This document shows, piece by piece, positions 9,295 through 17,181 of a stretch of DNA of 64,000 bases (the first letter of the stretch is position 1; each line of letters starts with the position of its first letter). The stretch is taken from assembly GCA_963770495.1 (NCBI GenBank), contig CAVYQA010000005.1, positions 70,479-134,478 of the forward strand, in the 5' to 3' direction. The notes below the pieces were generated by a model. It did no database searches. It worked only from the letters and a program-made list of their open reading frames with translations, and had not been told where the DNA came from. The position numbers were made by a program, and so were the translations under genes. The stretch is from Chitinophagales bacterium. Its GTDB lineage: Bacteria > Bacteroidota > Bacteroidia > Chitinophagales > CAVYQA01.

Positions 9295-9416
9295 GCTACG
9301 CCGTGTCCTTTTAGCGGAGCTATATGCGAAGAAAGAGAACGGTGGTTTTAATATTATTGAGGCCACCGTGTTCCGACAAACGCCTAAAGCTGTGCAAGGG
9401 GAGGACATGCGGTAGC
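9295..9416 (+). other. Long nested imperfect hairpin (candidate structured RNA or large 3' structure)
   Basis: Three nested helices: 9295-9308/9403-9416, 9309-9316/9381-9388 and 9337-9345/9363-9373. It begins 8 nt after the stop of the 8640 ORF and is locally GC-richer. Confidence 0.3.
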
Positions 9417-9447
9417 GTGGGGAAGATGGCTCTACTAAAAGTAAGTT

Positions 9448-9669
9448 ATGAAAGAATTTATCAAGGATCCTCAGATAATATTTCAATTTATAGGTGGTTT
9501 TATTGCAATGGGTGCTGCAATTTTTGCTTTATTCTCAAAAAATACATATAATGAATTCACACATAAACTCACAAAACAAGGTTGGATTGCACTTTTTTGT
9601 TTATTATTAGGTGCTGCAATAAATATACCTTCAAAATATATTGAATATTTCAGCCGTGGCAGGTGTTAG
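9448..9669 (+). pseudogene. Small 2-TM ORF, probably a truncated gene remnant
   Basis: 73 aa with two hydrophobic helices. The last codons (SRGRC-stop) are supplied by the arm of the hairpin repeat at 9656-9665. Confidence 0.3.
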
Positions 9670-9799
9670 CCAAGGCAACGCAAAGCCCACCTGCCACCGC
9701 AGCCAAGCCAATACTATTTTCAATAAATTAATTATAAGAGAATACCTCCGCTTCAGTGGTTGGTGGGCTTTGCTTATGGCTTACACAAACACCAACCAC
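9656..9799. repeat. Two related 10-bp-stem hairpins in inverted orientation
   Basis: GTGGCAGGTG/CACCTGCCAC (9656-9665/9688-9697) and GTGGTTGGTG/CACCAACCAC (9756-9765/9790-9799). The stems carry compensatory changes, and the loops share GCAAAGCC vs GGCTTTGC. Confidence 0.6.
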
Positions 9800-9905
9800 G
9801 GCTTCACCAAACCAACAAAACTTCCTGTCCCAACTTTTCTTACCCCATTTCCTCACCGGTTAATTTTGTCTTGGTGACTCACCCGCTCTGCTCTATGTGC
9901 TCAAC

Positions 9906-9955
9906 GCCCCTCTCTCCGGAAGAGGGGCACGTGGGAATGAGCGTTTGGGGGTGAG
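9906..9955 (+). repeat. G-rich hairpin repeat (family B) copy
   Basis: GCCCCTCT-CTCCGGA-AGAGGGGC (9906-9928), followed by GGGGGTGAG (9947-9955). It has the same orientation as the copy at 8481-8531. Confidence 0.6.
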
Positions 9956-10002
9956 TAACCACTATAACGTTCTTTGAAATCTCTTAGGTAGTAATAAGCC
10001 AA

Positions 10003-10330
10003 TTTGCTGTTTGCTTTCGGTTTGCTTTGACAAGAACCCGACAACAACTTTTCCTGACAGCTATACCTGGGCGCATTGAAAATCAGGCAATTAAAAAATT
10101 AATTGTCAGAAAGTTAAAAGTTCTTGTCAGCACAAAACGTTTGCCTTTTGACCTTTGTCCGCCGGCTGGCGAATGACTTTTAACTTAAATGAAAAGTAAT
10201 CCGAAAGCAAATTTTCACTTGCTATTTGTTTTCGATTTACTTTGACAAGAAAATGAGTACTGATAATCAATTAAGTAGTAAAAATATTTTTGATTCTTGA
10301 CAAGGAGATTTGCTTTCGGTTCACTTTCGT
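10003..10330. repeat. Iteron-like array (TTTGCTTTCGG and TTGACAAG motifs; 27-nt direct repeat)
   Basis: 27-mer 10010-10036 vs 10225-10251 is 24/27 identical. TTTGCTTTCGG occurs at 10010, 10309 (+) and 10201 (inverted). TTGACAAG occurs at 10027, 10242 and 10297, and inverted at 10123-10129. Confidence 0.55.
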
Positions 10331-10363
10331 TCTTTTCCAAACTTTTAAGCCAATTATCCGCCA

Positions 10364-10391
10364 ACTTTTGACTTTTGACTTTTGACTTTTT
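10364..10391. repeat. Tandem heptamer repeat (ACTTTTG x3 plus one degenerate unit)
   Basis: Units at 10364-10370, 10371-10377 and 10378-10384, then ACTTTTT at 10385-10391. The array runs into the msrB stop codon at 10390-10392. Confidence 0.7.
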
Positions 10392-10908
10392 ACTTAGCAT
10401 CCGGTTCAAAATCCAGCACAATCGAATTCATACAATACCGCTGATGAGTAGGAGGGGGACCATCATCAAATATATGTCCCAAATGGCTGCCGCAACGCCC
10501 GCATAACACTTCCGTTCTTACCATGAAAAAGGAAGAATCTCGCTCGTAAATAACGCTGTTTTTATGAATAGGCTCAAAAAAGCTAGGCCAGCCGCAGGTG
10601 CTGGCAAACTTAGCGTCGGAGCGGAATAAAGGATTACCACATACCGCACAATAATAAGTGCCTATGCCGGTATAATCCCAGTATTTGCCTGTAAATGCCG
10701 GCTCGGTTCCCTTATTGCGGGCTACACGGTAAACATCGGGCGGCAGCACTTTTTTCCATTCCGCATCGGAAACGTTGAGTTTTGTGGTGTCTGTGCGCGA
10801 GTAGTAGGGGTTGGCGGTTTGGTCGTTAGTGGTTTGCATTTTTGAATGACATGAATAAGCTGTGAATAAAAACAATATAATTAAGACTCTAAGATTAAAT
10901 CGCTTCAT
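10390..10908 (-). CDS. msrB: Peptide-methionine (R)-S-oxide reductase with an N-terminal export or lipoprotein signal
   Basis: Two CxxC pairs (YYCAVCGNPLF and LCGRCGSHLGHIFDDGP) plus the GWPSF motif. The N-terminus is MKRFNLRVLIILFLFTAYSC. Confidence 0.9.
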   Translation of the reverse strand: MKRFNLRVLIILFLFTAYSCHSKMQTTNDQTANPYYSRTDTTKLNVSDAEWKKVLPPDVYRVARNKGTEPAFTGKYWDYTGIGTYYCAVCGNPLFRSDAKFASTCGWPSFFEPIHKNSVIYERDSSFFMVRTEVLCGRCGSHLGHIFDDGPPPTHQRYCMNSIVLDFEPDAK

Positions 10909-10950
10909 CTTATAACTTACGTAAAATTATATTTATTGGTTCACTGCAAG

Positions 10951-11586
10951 TTATTTTTTATCGGCTATATACAAATGCACAACACCATAAGGACCCATTT
11001 CTTTTTCGGTAAAATCGAAATTATAGTTCTTAAAAACCGACGGCATATCACGTATTATCTCTCCTGATTTTTTCCAGAGGCGTACTATTAATGTGCCAAC
11101 AGTATTGTGGTTATCAGGAAAATTTACCATTACCATTATAAGCCGTCCTCCCGGTTTAAGCACCCGGTAAATTTCTTTCATCGCCTTATCCGCATTTGGA
11201 TAAGCAGGAAACGACATGGTATTTACAATAGTATCGAAAAAATTATCTTCAAACGGCATTGCTTCCACATTACCCTTAAATAGTTTTACAGAGAGATGTT
11301 TTTTGTCTAAATTTTTTTGGGCGATTTTTAGCATTTTATCATTCAAATCCAGCCCATAAGTATCATACTTATCTGCAAGTTGAGTAAGTAAATAACCGGT
11401 GCCAAATGATAATTCAAGCACTATGTTACCTTTTACATAAGGTAATGTGCTGTTCAGCCATCTTCTCCAAAAGGGTAATGCTTTAACACAGAAATCATAA
11501 AAACCTGCTATGAATGTATAATAGATAAAAAACCGTTGGGTAAATTTTTCAGGGTTTTGCGGTTCAGGGGAATATTTTATTCTCAC
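10951..11586 (-). CDS. Class I SAM-dependent methyltransferase
   Basis: VLELSFGTGY (motif I), DTIVN, and LKPGGRLIMV. Confidence 0.8.
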   Translation of the reverse strand: MRIKYSPEPQNPEKFTQRFFIYYTFIAGFYDFCVKALPFWRRWLNSTLPYVKGNIVLELSFGTGYLLTQLADKYDTYGLDLNDKMLKIAQKNLDKKHLSVKLFKGNVEAMPFEDNFFDTIVNTMSFPAYPNADKAMKEIYRVLKPGGRLIMVMVNFPDNHNTVGTLIVRLWKKSGEIIRDMPSVFKNYNFDFTEKEMGPYGVVHLYIADKK

Positions 11587-11604
11587 GAAACAAACTTAAT
11601 AAAG

Positions 11605-12192
11605 TTAATTCAATGACTTTAATTCAGAATAAATCTTCAGTACTTGCGGAATAACAAGTTGCTTCTCGTCATTGTAAATCACAAATTGCGAGCGCTTAAC
11701 TTTTTCTTCATCGGGCAATTGTTGTTGCATTCGCGCCCTGATAGCTTCTTCAGTGGTTTTATCGCGCTCAACAATCCTTTGGACACGCAGGTGTTCAGGT
11801 GCATATACGGTTATAACTTTATCAAGATGTTCATCAGAACCGGCTTCAAATATTAAAGCAGCTTCTTTTAAGATAAAGGGCACATTCTTTTGTTCTGTCA
11901 CCCATTTTTTAAAATCATCAAATACGGCAGGGTGAACTAATGAATTAAGTTTTTTAAGAGCAATTGAATTATTAAAAACTTTTGCTGCGAGTATTTTATT
12001 TTGTAAAGAACCGTTTATAAAAGTATCCTCGCCAAATTCTTTGCGCAGTTTCTTCGATAAAGCAGCATCATTCTGCATCAGCCATTTTGCACGGTCATCT
12101 GCATAATAAACAGGTATACCAAGCAGTTCAAACAGTTTGCTAACGGTAGTTTTGCCGCTGCCTATTCCGCCGGTTATACCGATTTTAAGCAA
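11605..12192 (-). CDS. coaE: Dephospho-CoA kinase
   Basis: MLKIGITGGIGSGKTT P-loop. It is 195 aa, with VHPAV and the usual CoaE layout. Confidence 0.9.
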   Translation of the reverse strand: MLKIGITGGIGSGKTTVSKLFELLGIPVYYADDRAKWLMQNDAALSKKLRKEFGEDTFINGSLQNKILAAKVFNNSIALKKLNSLVHPAVFDDFKKWVTEQKNVPFILKEAALIFEAGSDEHLDKVITVYAPEHLRVQRIVERDKTTEEAIRARMQQQLPDEEKVKRSQFVIYNDEKQLVIPQVLKIYSELKSLN

Positions 12193-12225
12193 CAGAGAAA
12201 TTATTTAGCGTCGCCGCTCTTCACA

Positions 12226-12540
12226 TCACGAACGGCTTTGGTATATTCCAAAGATACGAGCGGCTTTTTCAAGAATAACTTTTGTATTGGTATCAATTTC
12301 TACCTCAAAATTATTATCATTCATTTTTAAAATACGCCCGTGAATGCCGCCAATGGTAACAATTTTATCTCCTTTTTGAAGTGATGCCATAAAGTTTTTC
12401 TGGTCTTTTGCTTTTTTTGATTGCGGGCGGATAAAGAAAAAATAAAACACCACAAAAAGCGCCGCAAAAAGAAATAGCGTGGAGGGATCAAAGCCTTTAC
12501 CTTGCGAAGGCATCATTAAAATAACAGTTGCAATTGTCAT
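12226..12540 (-). CDS. yajC: Preprotein translocase subunit YajC
   Basis: Single TM segment, then QKGDKIVTIGGIHGRI, the YajC core motif. The internal ATG (12538-12540) is chosen to avoid overlap with the upstream gene. Confidence 0.8.
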   Translation of the reverse strand: MTIATVILMMPSQGKGFDPSTLFLFAALFVVFYFFFIRPQSKKAKDQKNFMASLQKGDKIVTIGGIHGRILKMNDNNFEVEIDTNTKVILEKAARIFGIYQSRS

Positions 12541-12568
12541 GGTTTGTTTTTTATGTGAATTGAAAAAT

Positions 12569-13063
12569 TTAGTTGTCTTTAGTGTCCTCTTTAACATCGC
12601 CTTGAATTTTGAGCATCGTGGTATTCGGCAAAGTGTTGCTCCATATTTTTACCCCTTTTTCAAAATGCCCGGGATGATCAGTGCTGTTAAATTCTACAAC
12701 AATTGAATCAGTATTTCCGGGTAATATGGGGCTATCGGGCTTAAATGGAGTCGTACATCCACATGAAGCGCTGGCATCTGAAATGACCAAAGGCGCATGA
12801 CCTGTATTTTTAAAGCGAAATGAATAACGTACTTTTTGCCCCTCTTTCACCATTCCAAAAGTGTGCTCAGTGGTATCGAATATAATTTTAGGCATTCTCG
12901 ATGTATCAGGCTTGCCATCGGCAGTAAGCGGGTTATCCACCAAATCGCCCGAAAGATGCCCATTATCAAGAGATTGTTTACAAGCAAAAATTAAAAGCAT
13001 TAGAATACTTGCAATTGCAAAAATATTTTTCACAGGTTCAGGTATTTTCCGCAAAGGTATCAC
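12569..13063 (-). CDS. DUF1573 domain lipoprotein
   Basis: Signal peptide plus Cys, then FRFKNTGHAPLVISDASASCGCTTP, the characteristic DUF1573 motif. Confidence 0.75.
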   Translation of the reverse strand: MIPLRKIPEPVKNIFAIASILMLLIFACKQSLDNGHLSGDLVDNPLTADGKPDTSRMPKIIFDTTEHTFGMVKEGQKVRYSFRFKNTGHAPLVISDASASCGCTTPFKPDSPILPGNTDSIVVEFNSTDHPGHFEKGVKIWSNTLPNTTMLKIQGDVKEDTKDN

Positions 13064-13091
13064 TTTAACATAAATAGTTACAGCGTAAAAA

Positions 13092-14036
13092 TTATTCGAT
13101 TATTCCCTTGCCGGTTTTCATTAACCGCTTCGTTTCACGCAACTGCTGAAGCAATTTATCCAATACCCCGTTTATAAATTCGCTGCTACGGGGTGTGCTG
13201 TATAATTTAGCAATTTCAAGGTACTCATTAATTGTAACTTTAACCGGCACCTCATGAAAATATAAAAACTCGGCTAATGCCATGCGCATAATTATGCTGT
13301 CGGTAAAAGCAAGGCGTTCGGGGTCCCAATTGGTAAGAAGGGGTTTTATATCTTCATCTAACCGGCTTTTATTAGATACGGTAAATTCAAATAGTTTCGA
13401 TGCAAATTCATTTTCTTCTTCAATGGCATCCAACAGCTTTTTAATTTTAAATGTAGCTTTCTCAGCCACAACTTTAATAAAATTAAGAACGTTATATTCT
13501 ATAATATCATGGTCACTCCACCAGTTCGGAAAAAGGTCTTCTGTTTGAGCCAAAAACAATTCATCATGAAGAAGTATCTTTTTATAGAAGAAAGTCAATA
13601 TCTTTTCATCATCTTTAATACCTGAATCTTCGGGCAGGGCTATATAGGTTTTATATTCGTCTGTTTCACTCAGCTTAATATACATTGGTCTGTATATATC
13701 TTCATCAAGACGTGGAATAATCTTTAGATTTTTTAATTCCTTGTTTAAAAACTCATCGTTAATTACGGTTTGAATAATCGGATTAAAATATAGCCGTGTG
13801 GAAATTTGTTGATCTTTACTTTTCGGTAAGTGTTTAGCTGCTTTTATTTGTAAATTTGTTTGAACATATTCGCAGGTACTGCCAAAAACAAACAGGTTGT
13901 AAAACAAGCAATCGTAGGTTTGGCGAATGCTGCTTTGTAAAGATTTAATAAAATACGGTACATCCTTATTAGGCGTTTGTTCAAAAGCATAAAGCTGCTG
14001 CATAACTTTTATGCGTAAACTACGGCGGCTGAGCAT
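13092..14036 (-). CDS. nusB: Transcription antitermination factor NusB (long Bacteroidota form)
   Basis: SRRSLRIKVMQQLYAFE at the N-terminus and INEYLEIAKLYSTPRSSEFINGVLDKL at the C-terminus. Confidence 0.8.
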   Translation of the reverse strand: MLSRRSLRIKVMQQLYAFEQTPNKDVPYFIKSLQSSIRQTYDCLFYNLFVFGSTCEYVQTNLQIKAAKHLPKSKDQQISTRLYFNPIIQTVINDEFLNKELKNLKIIPRLDEDIYRPMYIKLSETDEYKTYIALPEDSGIKDDEKILTFFYKKILLHDELFLAQTEDLFPNWWSDHDIIEYNVLNFIKVVAEKATFKIKKLLDAIEEENEFASKLFEFTVSNKSRLDEDIKPLLTNWDPERLAFTDSIIMRMALAEFLYFHEVPVKVTINEYLEIAKLYSTPRSSEFINGVLDKLLQQLRETKRLMKTGKGIIE

Positions 14037-14099
14037 ATCAGATTTGAATAAGAACGTTTGTACACCACTTTTATAATGGCGCTTATTTTAATTAAAAAT

Positions 14100-15212
14100 T
14101 TATAGTCTTGCTTTCAATTTTGCAGCAGCGTGAATTCGTTTTTCAGCCAATCGGAGGGCGGCAGCGTGTGTTGAAATATTTTCATCGTAAGCTACTTTAA
14201 AAATTTCAAGTGTGCGGTCATAAATTTTCTCGGCTGCACTCATCACACGATTGCGGTTATAGCCAACCCACTCTATATAAACATTTATTAATCCGCCGGC
14301 ATTAATAAGAAAATCGGGTGCATATAAAAAGCCCTTTTCTTTTAGCAATTTGCCATGTAAATGCTCATCCTCAAGCTGGTTGTTAGCCGAACCGGCAATA
14401 ATAGCACAAGTGAGGCGGTTTAAGGTGTCATCATTTATAGTAGCGCCCAAAGCGCACGGCGAATAAATATCCATGGGTATATCGTATATGTCATCCTTAC
14501 CCACCACAGTTACTTTATATTTCTTTGCCACTTCTTTTAAACGGTCTTCATAAATATCAGTGATTGATACTTTGGCGCCGGCTTCTGCTAATAATTTCAC
14601 AAGATGCTCGCCAACATTGCCCACACCCTGCACTCCGACTCTCTTTCCTTCCAGGCTATCATTACCCCATACTTCTTTTGCACAGGCTTTTATGCCTAAG
14701 AAAGTAGTATAAGCGGTGATGGGAGAAGGGTCGCCACTGCCGCCCATAGATTCGGGCTTGCCCGTAACATATTTAGTTTCCAAAGCAATATATTCCATAT
14801 CGCGGGTTCTGGTTCCGACATCTTCCGCAGTAATATATCTGCCGTTTAAACCATCAACAAATTTTCCGTAACGGCGAAATAACATTTCACTTTTATCTTT
14901 ATGTGAATCGCCTATAATAACTGCTTTACCGCCGCCGAGGTTCAGACCGGTAATAGCGGCTTTGTAGGTCATGCCGCGTGAAAGGCGTAAAACATCTTTA
15001 AGCGCCTCACTTTCATCGGTGTAATTCCAAAAACGGGTGCCGCCTAGTGAGGGACCGAGTATAGTATTATGTATGGCTATTATAGATTTTAAACCACTGT
15101 CTTTATCATAGCAATAGGATACCTGTTCATGTTCGGTTGATGCAATTTGTTCAAATACAGGGCGTTCAACTACCTTGGGGTTAAAGGTTGATGTGCTTAA
15201 GGGCATGGTCAA
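14100..15212 (-). CDS. Leucine dehydrogenase (Glu/Leu/Phe/Val dehydrogenase family)
   Basis: LGPSLGGTRFW, the GLNLGGGKAVIIGD catalytic Lys motif, and the GVGNVG Rossmann motif. Confidence 0.85.
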   Translation of the reverse strand: MTMPLSTSTFNPKVVERPVFEQIASTEHEQVSYCYDKDSGLKSIIAIHNTILGPSLGGTRFWNYTDESEALKDVLRLSRGMTYKAAITGLNLGGGKAVIIGDSHKDKSEMLFRRYGKFVDGLNGRYITAEDVGTRTRDMEYIALETKYVTGKPESMGGSGDPSPITAYTTFLGIKACAKEVWGNDSLEGKRVGVQGVGNVGEHLVKLLAEAGAKVSITDIYEDRLKEVAKKYKVTVVGKDDIYDIPMDIYSPCALGATINDDTLNRLTCAIIAGSANNQLEDEHLHGKLLKEKGFLYAPDFLINAGGLINVYIEWVGYNRNRVMSAAEKIYDRTLEIFKVAYDENISTHAAALRLAEKRIHAAAKLKARL

Positions 15213-15297
15213 ATACTTTGAGGGTGAAAATGACTAACTTTACAATGCAAAATTACACTTTTTTAATCTTTTATTATATGAGATTTGTCATAAAAAC

Positions 15298-17088
15298 ATG
15301 GGCAGTTTAAAATATTTTAATAAATACCTTTATAAATACCGCTACCGTTTCGGGCTTGGCGTTTTATTTATTTTCCTTGCCAATGTGTTCGGCATTTATC
15401 CGCCACAGGTAGTGGATTATGCTTTCGACCTTATAAAAGAAAATATTTCCCTTTATAACCTGTTTGACGGGTTTGCACTTCAGCACACATTTTATCATTT
15501 TTTCAGTATCTGTATTTTCTTTTTCGGTGCATTATCTGTTTTGCTTGCCTGTATAAGAGGTTTCTTTTTGTTCCTTATGAGGCAGAGCATTATTGTTATG
15601 TCGCGCCATATTGAATATGACCAGAAAAACGAATTATATAATCATTACCAACAACTCGACCTTGATTTTTTTAAGAAGCATAATACGGGTGATTTGATGT
15701 CGCGCATTACAGAGGACATTTCGCGGGTGCGTAATTATTTTGGACCCGGAGTTATGTATACCATCAATCTGGTAGCCTTATTTTCTTTGGTAATTATTGC
15801 CATGCTTCGTGTAAATACCGAGCTCACTCTTTTTTCACTTATGCCGTTGCCTTTACTCATGATATTGATTTTTTTTATTAATAGTATTATTCAGAAGAAA
15901 AGCGAGCGTATTCAACGGCAACTTTCAGTGCTCACCAGTGAAGCGCAGGAGGCATATTCAGGTATTCGCCTCATAAAAGCTTATGGTCAGGAAAAAAATA
16001 ACGGCAGTTTTTTTGAACATGAGGCAGAGAGGTACAAACAAAAAAATCTAAACCTTGTACGTACTGAAGCGTTGTTTTTTCCCACTATGTTTTTATTGGT
16101 GGGACTAAGCACTATTCTCACCATTTTTATAGGGGGTCGCGAAGTAATGGAAGGCAAAATCACTCCTGGCAACATTGCTGAGTTTGTAATTTATATTACT
16201 ATGTTGTCATGGCCCATAGCATCGGTAGGGTGGGTAATTGCTTTAATTCAACGCGCTGTCGCTTCACAAATTCGTATTAATGAGTTTTTAAACACTAAAC
16301 CCACTATTACTTCTTCAACCGGTGAAAAGCGAATTATTAAGGGTACTATTGAATTTCGCAATGTCAGCTTCACCTATAAGAATACCGGTATTCAAGCGTT
16401 AAAAAATATTTCATTTAAACTCGAAGCAGGCAAAAAATTAGCTATAATAGGGCGTACAGGCTCCGGCAAATCTACTATTCCTATTATGCTTACACGACAG
16501 TATGACGCAGATTCAGGCGCTGTTCTTATTGATAACAAAAATATAAAAGAATACAACCTTTTTGATTTACGCAGCCAATTGGGGTATGTTCCCCAGGATG
16601 TATTTTTGTTTTCAGATACGGTGGAGCAAAATATTCGTTTTGGTGTGCAACAGGCAACCCATGAACAAATTGAACACTACGCAAACTTTGCTTGTGTACA
16701 TAATGACATTATGACTTTATCCAATGGTTACAACACCATAATAGGAGAGCGGGGTGTTACACTTTCGGGCGGGCAAAAGCAGCGCATTTCTATTGCCCGT
16801 GCATTAATAAAAAACTCTCCGGTATTAATATTTGATGATTGTTTAAGCGCCGTTGATGCCAACACAGAGCGGATTATACTTGGTAATCTCAATAAAGTGC
16901 TTAAGCAAAAAACAGCTCTCATTATCACGCACCGCATTTTCACTCTTCTCGACTTGGATCATATTATTATTCTTGATGAAGGTGAAATTGTTGAAGAGGG
17001 CACCCACTACGACTTAATTAAAATGCATGGTATTTATGCCGAGCTACTGGAATTGCAGAAAGAGGAAGATAAAAGTTTGGTACAATAA
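15298..17088 (+). CDS. ABC exporter, fused permease/ATPase (MsbA-like)
   Basis: Six N-terminal TM segments, Walker A GRTGSGKST, signature LSGGQKQR, and Walker B LIFDD. Confidence 0.9.
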   Translation: MGSLKYFNKYLYKYRYRFGLGVLFIFLANVFGIYPPQVVDYAFDLIKENISLYNLFDGFALQHTFYHFFSICIFFFGALSVLLACIRGFFLFLMRQSIIVMSRHIEYDQKNELYNHYQQLDLDFFKKHNTGDLMSRITEDISRVRNYFGPGVMYTINLVALFSLVIIAMLRVNTELTLFSLMPLPLLMILIFFINSIIQKKSERIQRQLSVLTSEAQEAYSGIRLIKAYGQEKNNGSFFEHEAERYKQKNLNLVRTEALFFPTMFLLVGLSTILTIFIGGREVMEGKITPGNIAEFVIYITMLSWPIASVGWVIALIQRAVASQIRINEFLNTKPTITSSTGEKRIIKGTIEFRNVSFTYKNTGIQALKNISFKLEAGKKLAIIGRTGSGKSTIPIMLTRQYDADSGAVLIDNKNIKEYNLFDLRSQLGYVPQDVFLFSDTVEQNIRFGVQQATHEQIEHYANFACVHNDIMTLSNGYNTIIGERGVTLSGGQKQRISIARALIKNSPVLIFDDCLSAVDANTERIILGNLNKVLKQKTALIITHRIFTLLDLDHIIILDEGEIVEEGTHYDLIKMHGIYAELLELQKEEDKSLVQ

Positions 17089-17095
17089 TCTTTAG

Positions 17096-17129
17096 CTTCA
17101 TCCCTAACCTTTCTCCTAAAGGAGAAGGG
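17096..17129 (-). repeat. G-rich hairpin repeat (family B) copy between convergent genes
   Basis: CTTCATCCCTAAC, then CCTTTCTCC-TAAA-GGAGAAGGG (17108-17129). It is in reverse orientation relative to the 8481 copy. Confidence 0.6.
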
Positions 17130-17181
17130 CACTTTGTTAGCGAGTCTAAAAAAAATTATATTATTTAAGATTTATTTGTAT

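Noticed and set aside
9668-9677. AGCCAAGGCA, identical to a 10-mer of E. coli 4.5S (SRP) RNA, located just downstream of ffh.
   Set aside because: The defining SRP domain IV features are absent: there is no GGAA/GNRA tetraloop flanked by the conserved symmetric and asymmetric loops. The 10-mer sits in the loop of a repeat hairpin, so this is a chance match.
9324-9954. Tracked ORFs 9324-9551, 9641-9877 and 9760-9954, plus 10215-10421 and 52661-52846.
   Set aside because: They run through hairpin or iteron repeats and the nested-hairpin region. Their peptides are repeat translations (Pro/Thr/His/Cys-rich) without start context. I treat them as non-coding repeat DNA.
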